Source: a virus (taxonomy: Duplodnaviria; Heunggongvirae; Uroviricota; Caudoviricetes). From it: a stretch of 19,623 nt of DNA. This document shows, piece after piece, positions 1-7,033 of the stretch (its first letter is position 1; each line of letters starts with the position of its first letter). The notes beneath the pieces were generated by a model, which had not been told where the DNA came from, did not search any database, and saw nothing but the letters and a program-made list of their open reading frames with translations. The stretch lies in IMG/VR virus record IMGVR_UViG_2681813223_000024; one strand, 5' to 3'. Made by a program: the position numbers and the translations under genes.

Positions 1-300
1 CGTATCGTGTTTCACATCCTCAATCTCGCGTAACGCGGCACGACGACCAATTTTAAAATTGGTATCCAGCTGACCGATAATAGTTGCGCTAATCGCATTA
101 ATTTCCGAGGTAAACGCAGACAACGCAGGCTGATTACGTAAGACCTGTTCGATCTTCGCTTTCTCGGATGCCTCGCATTCACCATCTGCATAGGCCACCA
201 GGTATGCAGCGTTAATCACCGCCTGTGCCAGATCGCGTTTCTCAAACTTTTTAATTTCCGCTGCCGCTCTGCGGGTTTTCTTTTTGAAGATTCCAAACAT
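1..300 (-). CDS. TerB-like protein, 5' complete, C-terminus truncated by the window edge
   Basis: ATG at 300..298 preceded by AAGGAA about 8 nt upstream; open frame runs to position 1 giving MFGIFKKKTRRAAAEIKKFEKRDLAQAVINAAYLVAYADGECEASEKAKIEQVL... The VAYADG..E..E stretch resembles the TerB/DjlA-N family from memory. Not in the ORF track because no stop lies in the window. Confidence 0.5.
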   Translation of the reverse strand, partial: MFGIFKKKTRRAAAEIKKFEKRDLAQAVINAAYLVAYADGECEASEKAKIEQVLRNQPALSAFTSEINAISATIIGQLDTNFKIGRRAALREIEDVKHDT

Positions 301-435
301 CGTGACGTTCCTTTGGGTGGGTGAGCCAACGCCCGGGAGCGATCTGCCCACAGAGAAAGTCACACTGACCACTCCGTAAGCTCACCCCCGAAAGGCTCTG
401 TGGTTGATATGCGCCGGGCGTGGCGCAGATACAAA

Positions 436-500
436 NNNNNNNNNNNNNNNNNNNNNNNNNNNNNNNNNNNNNNNNNNNNNNNNNNNNNNNNNNNNNNNNN
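436..500. other. Run of 65 N (assembly gap or masked sequence)
   Basis: Continuous n characters from 436 to 500. Confidence 0.99.
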
Positions 501-527
501 TCGCTCTCACCACTGAGCTAAAGGGCC
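501..527 (-). tRNA. tRNA 5' portion only (acceptor 5' strand, D-arm and first nucleotides after it), truncated by the N gap; isotype undetermined, tRNA-Ile(CAU)-like by resemblance
   Basis: Minus strand reads GGCCCTTTAGCTCAGTGGTGAGAGCGA: 7-nt acceptor strand, U8, A9, D-stem GCTC/GAGC, D-loop with GG and A14/A21. Closely resembles the 5' end of enterobacterial tRNA-Ile2 as I recall it. The anticodon lies in the gap. Confidence 0.45.
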
Positions 528-563
528 GGGAGCAGAATAATAACGGTCCGTAATTAATTCCGC

Positions 564-590
564 AATAAAAAACCCGCTCAATGGCGGGTT
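564..590 (-). terminator. Rho-independent terminator candidate downstream of the Q-like gene (possible tR'-like)
   Basis: Minus strand reads AACCCGC-cattga-GCGGGTT followed by TTTTATT: 7-bp stem, 6-nt loop, U-rich tail. Lies about 80 nt downstream of the Q-like stop. Confidence 0.55.
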
Positions 591-666
591 CTGGTAAAGT
601 TCATGCGTTTGGTTCGCCTCGCGATACAGCTTTGCGAAGCTTACCGGAATTGAAGCAGTTTTTACG

Positions 667-1221
667 TCAAAAAGCAATAACTTTTTTCTCTATACCAAAA
701 GCCATAACCATTGGTTTGTACAAAATAAATTCTGCCACCTTTAGCCAATGCTCAATGCGTCTTTCACAGGTTCTTAAACTCCATTCCGGATGTGCATCAT
801 TCAGCAGTTCAGCCATTTTGCGCTTAGTCATCCCCCGCCCCACATAACGCTGACTCAGAACATTGAGCAGCCCGGGATAACCTGCCAGTACTTCACCAAT
901 AACCCTGTCGATTATTAACGCCTCTGAATCGGTACAATGCACCAGCCAGCTTTTTTGCTTGCCGTTGATCATATCCCGCAAAAAAGCCTCAAGTTTAGGT
1001 TTGTCCAGACCTGCTTTTTTCATCCTCCGGAGCGCCTCGTTAATTGCCGTTTTTGTCAGCTTTTTAGAGGTCAGCAACTGGTTGAACATATTTCCCGTCT
1101 TACCGCCGCCAATATACGACCAGCGCCCCCACATACGTAGTTTCCCCTGAATCCAGACACTTTCCAGCGTGGTGAGACGAAGGTGCTCTCCGCTTTTTCC
1201 TGTGTTCGTTGGGTAAATCAT
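667..1221 (-). CDS. Putative late-gene antiterminator Q-like protein (184 aa)
   Basis: Start chosen at the internal ATG (1221..1219), which overlaps the stop of the upstream gene as ATGA. Placed immediately after nin-type genes and before a terminator and tRNA, the usual Q position. Family assignment is from position and general resemblance, not a clear motif. Confidence 0.5.
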   Translation of the reverse strand: MIYPTNTGKSGEHLRLTTLESVWIQGKLRMWGRWSYIGGGKTGNMFNQLLTSKKLTKTAINEALRRMKKAGLDKPKLEAFLRDMINGKQKSWLVHCTDSEALIIDRVIGEVLAGYPGLLNVLSQRYVGRGMTKRKMAELLNDAHPEWSLRTCERRIEHWLKVAEFILYKPMVMAFGIEKKVIAF

Positions 1222-1508
1222 AAATAACCGTCCTTTCTCCAGATCTCTTGTGTGCGAAAAACACCTTCTGCATGCATCAGGCGCAATTCTTCTTTGGTGT
1301 AATCGCTGGTTTTTACTCTCCCGTCGATTAAATCGTGGCATGAGTTACAGGCAATCGCTGCCTGCATATCGTGTGGCTTTATCGCTGTTCCGCACGTTCC
1401 CGCCAGCCTGTAATGCGCCAGCACAGAGGTTTCGGGATTGTGATTGCAGTAGCCAGGGATTCTGATCTGGCATATCTGGCCTTTAGCCGCTTTACGTAAA
1501 TTCACCAT
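1218..1508 (-). CDS. DUF1364 / YbcO-like nin-region protein (putative nuclease), 96 aa
   Basis: Protein MVNLRKAAKGQICQIRIPGYCNHNPETSVLAHYRL..IACNSCHD aligns by eye with the recalled DLP12 YbcO pattern (RKAARG.ECQVRIPGVCNGNPETSVLAH...IAC..CHD). ATGA overlaps at both ends. Confidence 0.7.
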   Translation of the reverse strand: MVNLRKAAKGQICQIRIPGYCNHNPETSVLAHYRLAGTCGTAIKPHDMQAAIACNSCHDLIDGRVKTSDYTKEELRLMHAEGVFRTQEIWRKDGYL

Positions 1509-2107
1509 TACGCAAACTCCAGTAGTTGTGCGGCCACATTTTCAACTTCCTCCTGAGAGGAGAATTTACGGAACAGAATCCAGTTCCACAGCACATTCAG
1601 TACAGATTTATAAACCTGCTGAAACTCGACTTCGTCCATATTCGCAAAAGCGATGGATTTTGCCCGACGCCCACGGCTACCGTCCGGATAAATATGCTCG
1701 GTGTAAAATCCGGCCTGAATGGTTACCCACTCGCGGAAAGCCTCAAACGACTTTAGCAACGCCGTATCCCGGGTTCTACGAGTCGCAACGGTGTTAAGGT
1801 ATTGCTCTGCGGCATCACTCAGGGCTGGCGTGTGTTCCCGACCAACTGATTCGCACAGGTAATCAACGAAACCAGACAGCAGTTCTCGTTCGCGAGGCGT
1901 GATCGCCCCACCGACCGGAGTCCAGTAATCGAATCCCAGTTGCAGGAGTTTGAAAAAACGCTTGTGGAATGCGTAGTTACGCACACGCTTAAAATCTGCG
2001 TGTATCCACTCACCTATTTTGATTTGATGCAGAAAATCGCAACTCTCCGGCGTCGCCGGGAGAAGTAAACCAGAAGAAGTTTGTTTGACCAGTTGTATAT
2101 GCGCCAT
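1508..2107 (-). CDS. nin-region protein, probably DUF1367 family (199 aa)
   Basis: Intact 199-aa ORF with a purine-rich stretch upstream of the ATG; its stop overlaps the next gene start. Family name is from memory of lambdoid prophage neighbours of YbcO-like genes. Confidence 0.55.
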   Translation of the reverse strand: MAHIQLVKQTSSGLLLPATPESCDFLHQIKIGEWIHADFKRVRNYAFHKRFFKLLQLGFDYWTPVGGAITPRERELLSGFVDYLCESVGREHTPALSDAAEQYLNTVATRRTRDTALLKSFEAFREWVTIQAGFYTEHIYPDGSRGRRAKSIAFANMDEVEFQQVYKSVLNVLWNWILFRKFSSQEEVENVAAQLLEFA

Positions 2108-2526
2108 TTCTCAATCTCTCGATGGCGCAGTGCAGCAGATGCCAGTTGTTCAAGCTAGCACGCAAATTGTAAACCAGAATGCCAGGAAAAAACAAAACCC
2201 GCCGAAGCTGGTTGTGTGCGGTTGCGTTGAAGTCTCCTAGCCAAAGAGTAGCGGTGACCACTCCCCGCCGATAATCTTAGTTGTTTAATTTCGTAAGCTA
2301 ACTAGGCTAAAAGCTCTCTGTTGTCTGCCTGTTGTACAATTAACAAAATGAACAACGAACTAGATATACCAACGCCAGAATGGTGCAACAAATCCCAAAC
2401 AACACAGCAATGCAACAATAACATATGTTATTTTCCTCTCACGGGATTCAGTCCTGAATTCTCATAAAGCTAATCTTTTTTTAAAAACATACTGTTAGAT
2501 CACATGCACTTTCTTTCTTAACATCG

Positions 2527-2554
2527 TTGACTTCGCATGCGAAGCGTTTAAAAT
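2527..2554 (+). promoter_or_regulatory. Sigma70-like promoter candidate for the GHKL operon with a palindrome in the spacer
   Basis: TTGACT at 2527..2532, 16-nt spacer, TAAAAT at 2549..2554, about 50 nt upstream of the ATG at 2607. The spacer contains the perfect 14-bp palindrome CTTCGCATGCGAAG (2531..2544). An A/T tract TTTTTTTAAAAA lies upstream. Confidence 0.5.
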
Positions 2555-2606
2555 CAACAATTTGCACTTAAGGTATTTATTTTCCCAAACACATAGAGAG
2601 TAAATT

Positions 2607-3998
2607 ATGACTGAGAACACGACTCCAACAGCAGACTTTAGTCCTAGTAAAAGATTTTTTGTAAGTATGCTAACTCGAGATATCGACTTAAACGATGCCA
2701 TACTTGATCTGCTTGATAACTGCGTCGATGGGGCTTTACGTACAATAAAAGACACAAAAAAAACTTCAAAACCATATGAAGGATTTTATGCGAAACTTAC
2801 GATTAATAAAGATGTCTTTATTATAGAAGACAATTGCGGAGGTATCCCTAAAAGCTTCCGAGAATATGCTTTTAAAATGGGACGACCCCATCAAAAAGAA
2901 GAAGAAAATGAAGGCACCGTTGGCGTCTATGGTATTGGTATGAAAAGAGCCATTTTTAAAATGGGTAGAGATTGCTCAATACAATCGAATAATCCCGATG
3001 GCGCATTCACTGTAGATATAACACCTGATTGGATCGATGGTGATGGTTGGAAAATACCGATGCACGAGAGTGACTATGATAACAAAAATCCAACAGGCAC
3101 AACTATAGAGATAAAAAAACTCCATTCTAATGTGGCACAAAAATTTAATGAGAGCACATATCTTACTGATCTCTTTTTACAGATAAAACACTCATTGTCA
3201 TTTATTATTCAAAAAGGATTTAAAATAGAATTAAATGGAGTTGTTGTTGAACATAATCCGATTAACATCATAACTGATCATTCTAAAATAGAACCATACA
3301 TATATAAAGCTAAAATAGACGATGTTGATATCGATTTAGTTGTTGGCTTCTATAAAAATTTAGAAGATGACAATGATGATGTTTTAGAAAAAAGGAGTTC
3401 TGATGATGCTGGATGGACTGTCATTTGCAATGACCGCGTTGTTCTATATTGTGATAAGACACATCTCACAGGTTGGGGCTTTGCTAATGTACCAAGGTTT
3501 CATACCCAATTTATAGCAATTTCTGGGGTTGTTCGCTTTACCAGTAAAAACCCAGAAAAATTACCAATAACAACAACGAAACGAGGTGTCGATCTTAGTT
3601 CTACATTGTACAATGATGTACGAAATAAAATGATTGAAGGGATGATGCATTTTATTCGATTCACCAATCAGTGGAAAGGTGAGCATCTTGAAGAAGGGAA
3701 AAAATTACTTAAGTCAGCTCAGTCACATGAAGCTCAATCTTTATTTGAAATTACCCCACAATCAACTCCAGAAGATAAAAAAAATAACTGGTCCAACCCT
3801 AATAGAAACAAAAATGAGTGGCGATATACACCTAAGCTGCCTACCCCAGTAAAAAAAAGCTCTACTGTACGAATAATCTTCACCAGAGAGAAAGAAGATG
3901 TTAAAATTTTATCTAAATATTTCTTTGGACATGAAGATGCTAGCGCTTCTGATGTGGGGATGCAATGCTTTGATACGGTGATTGAAGAGGTGAAGTGA
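2607..3998 (+). CDS. GHKL / Bergerat-fold ATPase (MutL/MORC/Hsp90-type ATP-binding domain) with C-terminal extension, 463 aa
   Basis: N-terminal region shows the ordered GHKL motifs: DLLDNCVDGA (motif I, ExxxNxxDA type), IEDNCGGI (motif II, DxGxG type), GVYGIGMKRA (motif III, GxxGxG), PTGTTIEI (motif IV, TGT). Purine-rich SD (agagag) 6 nt before the ATG. Confidence 0.85.
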   Translation: MTENTTPTADFSPSKRFFVSMLTRDIDLNDAILDLLDNCVDGALRTIKDTKKTSKPYEGFYAKLTINKDVFIIEDNCGGIPKSFREYAFKMGRPHQKEEENEGTVGVYGIGMKRAIFKMGRDCSIQSNNPDGAFTVDITPDWIDGDGWKIPMHESDYDNKNPTGTTIEIKKLHSNVAQKFNESTYLTDLFLQIKHSLSFIIQKGFKIELNGVVVEHNPINIITDHSKIEPYIYKAKIDDVDIDLVVGFYKNLEDDNDDVLEKRSSDDAGWTVICNDRVVLYCDKTHLTGWGFANVPRFHTQFIAISGVVRFTSKNPEKLPITTTKRGVDLSSTLYNDVRNKMIEGMMHFIRFTNQWKGEHLEEGKKLLKSAQSHEAQSLFEITPQSTPEDKKNNWSNPNRNKNEWRYTPKLPTPVKKSSTVRIIFTREKEDVKILSKYFFGHEDASASDVGMQCFDTVIEEVK

Positions 3999-4987
3999 TG
4001 TCTGGACAATACATTCCCTATCACTTAAGGCATAATAAGTCTATTGATAGAGAGATTTTTCTCGAAAGCCTAAACCTCTTAAGCAAAAGACTAAATATTC
4101 AAGAATATACATATATAGGTTTTGGTGGTCCGATGCTTGAAGATTTTAGAATCATGCATAATCGTATCGCTCTTTCTGATATGATTTCTCTCGAAGAACA
4201 AGAGTCTACTCACATCAGACAAAAATATAATTTGCCTTATAATTGTATTGATTGTAAGCTAATATCAGCTCATGACTTTATTCTTGATTATAGTTTTTCT
4301 AAACCATCAATAACATGGTTAGACTATGCCTCCCCGAAAAAAATACAAACGGATCTAGATGATATACACTTACTAAGTACTAAAGTAAGCTCTTTTGATA
4401 TTTTGAAGGTCACCTTCCCCATAAATCCTAGTTCTTATTACCAACGTAGAGTTGGAGAAAGTTTAGATATTTTTAAAGAAGCTTTTATTAATTCATTAAA
4501 ATCATTGCTTGGGAAAAAGTATCTTGATTTTAATCTTCAGATATCAAATGCAGATCTTTCAGATCGTAAGATTAAAGCTCTTTTAATACGAATTATTACA
4601 AACGCTTTTAGATCAGCAATAGAACGTGGTCTTTCAGGACGTAAGGATAAGATTCAGTATTACCCATTATCCTTAAATCAATATAATGATGGCAGTCATA
4701 CCATGTTGACAATATCAGGTTTTTTCTCCTCAGAACAAGAATATATAGAGTTATCTAAGGCATGCGACCTTTCTAACTGGCAATTTTATTCAACAAATTG
4801 GGAAGACGTGCAAGAAATAGCAATACCAACACTAACAATTAAAGAAAAGATAAATTTAGATAGTAAACTGCCTGATAAAGAAGCATATCAGGCAGCCGCT
4901 GAAGAGTTCTCTTTAAACGAAAATGAACGGGATAACTATTATAAATACTATAGGTTATACCCTAACTTCCAAAGAATTATGGTTTAA
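3998..4987 (+). CDS. Uncharacterised protein, translationally coupled partner of the GHKL ATPase (329 aa)
   Basis: ATG at 3998 shares its A with the upstream TGA; AGGTGA lies 4 nt upstream. An in-frame GTG at 3995 is the alternative start used in the ORF track. Long uninterrupted ORF in the same AT-rich context. No catalytic motif recognisable by eye. Confidence 0.75.
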   Translation: MSGQYIPYHLRHNKSIDREIFLESLNLLSKRLNIQEYTYIGFGGPMLEDFRIMHNRIALSDMISLEEQESTHIRQKYNLPYNCIDCKLISAHDFILDYSFSKPSITWLDYASPKKIQTDLDDIHLLSTKVSSFDILKVTFPINPSSYYQRRVGESLDIFKEAFINSLKSLLGKKYLDFNLQISNADLSDRKIKALLIRIITNAFRSAIERGLSGRKDKIQYYPLSLNQYNDGSHTMLTISGFFSSEQEYIELSKACDLSNWQFYSTNWEDVQEIAIPTLTIKEKINLDSKLPDKEAYQAAAEEFSLNENERDNYYKYYRLYPNFQRIMV

Positions 4988-6106
4988 ATATTCGGGCTGT
5001 ACTCTTTTATTTAATAAATTGTACAGCCCCTTTAATATATATTCAGCAACTATTGGTGACACGCTATTTCCTATTTGTCTGAAACTATGCCATTTAGTTA
5101 CATGAAAGCGAAACCAATCAGGGAAGCCTTGTAATCTAGCAGCTTCTCTTGGTGTAATCACTCTTGGATGATAAGGGTGGATCGGCCTGACGGCTTGAAA
5201 GCTTCCTTTATCTCTAGCGGTTCCCGCCCTTAAAGTCGGGCAAAAACCATTTGGATCTAATCTTGTAGATCTTGAAATTTTATCAGTTTCCCCAAAAGAT
5301 AAGGAAGCATAACGCTCTTGGACGATTTTGCTATGTAATGTTCCGGTACATCCAGATATGATATTATTTTTTAACTTAGCGATCGATTCTGTATCACCAA
5401 CATTCCGAGGGATCTGCCCCCATAATTTTTCATAAAATCCCCCTTTTCGATCTTTTTTAATTGTTCGCCAACTCTCAGAGTCTGATTGCCAATTGGCATC
5501 GATAATATCTGGTAATCCATACAAAGCATCTTTTACAGTAACCGGATCAATCATTTTAGGCATAAATACTTCATCTGAAATATCAAGCTTCAATGATTTT
5601 TTTACACCGATAAAAAAATATCTAGTTCGAATAGTTGGAGCACCATAATCAGATGCTTTTACCTTGATGGGATCAAGAATATCATAATCACCGCTAACCA
5701 AATTAAATGCTTTATTTCTAATGCCAGAATATTTCTCTTGCATAATACCTGGAACATTTTCTGCCAAAAAGAATAATGGCTGTAATTCTGATACTAAACG
5801 GTAGAAATGCATGTAAAGCTGATTCCTGCTATCATCAGGATTCCCCTTGCCTATTGAACTAAATCCTTGGCACGGAGGACCGCCAATAATACCATCTATG
5901 GGCATATCGTTTTTAAAAAAACCCTTAATTATTTCTGCATTTAGTAAAGAAACATCTTCTTGGACGTGCAAACTTCTTGGAAAATTAATTGCGTGAGTAT
6001 TAATAGCATGTTGATCAATTTCAACTGCCATTTTAACATCAAATCCAGCACGTGCAGCACCAAGACTTAGACCTCCAACGCCAGAAAACAAATCTATTAC
6101 ATTCAT
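4955..6106 (-). CDS. DNA (cytosine-5)-methyltransferase (383 aa)
   Basis: Canonical C5-MTase motifs in order: DLFSGVGG (motif I, AdoMet binding), GGPPCQGFS (motif IV, catalytic Cys), ENV (motif VI), QIGNSV near the C-terminus, with a long variable region between. 3' end overlaps the partner gene convergently by 33 bp. Confidence 0.9.
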   Translation of the reverse strand: MNVIDLFSGVGGLSLGAARAGFDVKMAVEIDQHAINTHAINFPRSLHVQEDVSLLNAEIIKGFFKNDMPIDGIIGGPPCQGFSSIGKGNPDDSRNQLYMHFYRLVSELQPLFFLAENVPGIMQEKYSGIRNKAFNLVSGDYDILDPIKVKASDYGAPTIRTRYFFIGVKKSLKLDISDEVFMPKMIDPVTVKDALYGLPDIIDANWQSDSESWRTIKKDRKGGFYEKLWGQIPRNVGDTESIAKLKNNIISGCTGTLHSKIVQERYASLSFGETDKISRSTRLDPNGFCPTLRAGTARDKGSFQAVRPIHPYHPRVITPREAARLQGFPDWFRFHVTKWHSFRQIGNSVSPIVAEYILKGLYNLLNKRVQPEYLNHNSLEVRV

Positions 6107-6138
6107 ATAGTTGCAACGTCTCTTATTAGTTTCTATGT

Positions 6139-6147
6139 ATTATAACA
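6139..6147 (-). promoter_or_regulatory. Extended -10 promoter element candidate for the methyltransferase
   Basis: Minus strand reads TGTTATAAT (TGn + TATAAT) about 30 nt upstream of the MTase ATG. Confidence 0.4.
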
Positions 6148-6368
6148 CAACTGTTCTTGATGTTTTAACCCCATAAGATAACCTCATAAAGGCTATCCCT
6201 TGAAAATACCGGATCGCATAAATTTAATCTTTCAAAACTACTTGTCTATTAATCGAGCAATTTAAGGTTGTTTTAGTCATGTCGATACCGACATAGTTAA
6301 CTAAACCCATTTCATCGTCCAACAAATGGGGGTAATACACTTTGATTTATAGTCGGGTGGGTTTTTCT

Positions 6369-6404
6369 CTATCTGCCTTTGGTGTTCATGCCCAAGGCAG
6401 ATAG
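6369..6404. repeat. Imperfect inverted repeat (about 13-bp arms, 9-nt spacer)
   Basis: CTATCTGCCTTTGG ... CCAAGGCAGATAG, preceded by GGGTTTTTCT on the plus strand. No U-tract follows the hairpin on either strand, so it is not a canonical terminator. Confidence 0.4.
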
Positions 6405-6457
6405 CCTCAAGCACCCGCAGCAATTCTACTTAACTATCCTTTTCCCGCAAATCGTTT

Positions 6458-6541
6458 TTATCCCCAGCGGCAAATCGAATACACAACCAGCGCCACCGCC
6501 ATCGCAATTCCTACCGTTGTGAATGCTTCAGGCCAGGTCAT
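6458..6541 (-). CDS. Small hydrophobic peptide, 27 aa (MTWPEAFTTVGIAMAVALVVYSICRWG), candidate single-pass membrane peptide
   Basis: ATG overlaps the stop of the upstream gene as ATGA; GGAGGA lies 9 nt upstream; hydrophobic core of about 17 residues. Below the ORF-track length cutoff. Confidence 0.45.
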   Translation of the reverse strand: MTWPEAFTTVGIAMAVALVVYSICRWG

Positions 6542-7023
6542 CGTGAAACATCCTCCACGCTTATAAGTCCGCTTCGCTCCAGGTAGTCCATCACTTTATC
6601 CGGCAATTTGCAGCCCGGTTTCGCTTTCTTCAGTTGACTAACCAATTGTTTAACCAGCATTGTCAATTCGCGAACTTGTTTCCCGGGCTCCCCTTTGCCC
6701 TGAAGCAGGGCAGCGCGGCAAGCGTTCCATCCCTCAGCATATGTTTCAGTTACACCATCGAGATGGCATGTAAGCAAATCCATTTCTTCCGGCACTACGG
6801 GCGCTGGAAAAACGGCATAGGGTGGCGTCCATTTTGGCGCTTTATCTCCAGCCGAACGCTGCTACCAGTCATCCGGTTTGTATTCATAAAAATCACCAAC
6901 TGGCTCTGCTTCCAGCGATGCCAGCGCAATCCGTGCCAGTTCCATTTGTTCACCACGGGTAAGCCCGTTTTCAACCGGATTTTTAATGAACAATTCAATA
7001 CGTTCTTTGGTAATAGTGGTCAT
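6538..7023 (-). pseudogene. Hypothetical prophage gene interrupted by an in-frame amber (TAG) codon at 6862..6864; about 161 codons without the stop
   Basis: ATG at 7023 with AAGGAG 7 nt upstream. After 53 codons (MTTITKERIELFIKNPVENGLTRGEQMELARIALASLEAEPVGDFYEYKPDDW) a TAG occurs, then the same frame stays open for another 107 codons to the TGA at 6538. Confidence 0.6.
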
Positions 7024-7033
7024 GTGTTACTCC

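Larger units (their letters stand above)
2280..6350. other. AT-rich compositional island carrying the GHKL-ATPase operon and a C5-methyltransferase
   Basis: By-eye G+C is clearly lower (sampled 60-nt blocks about 22-43 percent) than flanking prophage genes (sampled block about 55 percent). Boundaries are approximate. Confidence 0.6.

Noticed and set aside
361-435. Possible 3' part of a second tRNA or a terminator just left of the N gap
   Set aside because: No T-arm consensus (GTTCGAATC-like) or CCA-adjacent acceptor strand; the hairpin-like stretch lacks a U-tail.
581-847. 88-aa plus-strand ORF
   Set aside because: Begins inside the terminator hairpin and runs antisense into the Q-like gene; no SD.
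667-1341. Long 224-aa N-terminally extended form of the Q-like ORF (and similar long forms of sieB, recT, YdaW-like and the 140-aa gene)
   Set aside because: The upstream in-frame starts lack ribosome-binding sites and would overlap neighbouring genes extensively; internal starts with an SD and ATGA overlaps fit better.
2495-2755. 86-aa minus-strand ORF
   Set aside because: Overlaps the promoter and 5' end of the GHKL gene on the opposite strand; an AT-rich chance ORF.
3734-4024. 96-aa minus-strand ORF
   Set aside because: Antisense within the GHKL and partner coding regions; no start signals.
3998-4987. Calling the partner protein a nuclease (HNH or PD-(D/E)xK) or HEPN RNase
   Set aside because: I could not find the corresponding motif patterns by eye, so its function is left open.
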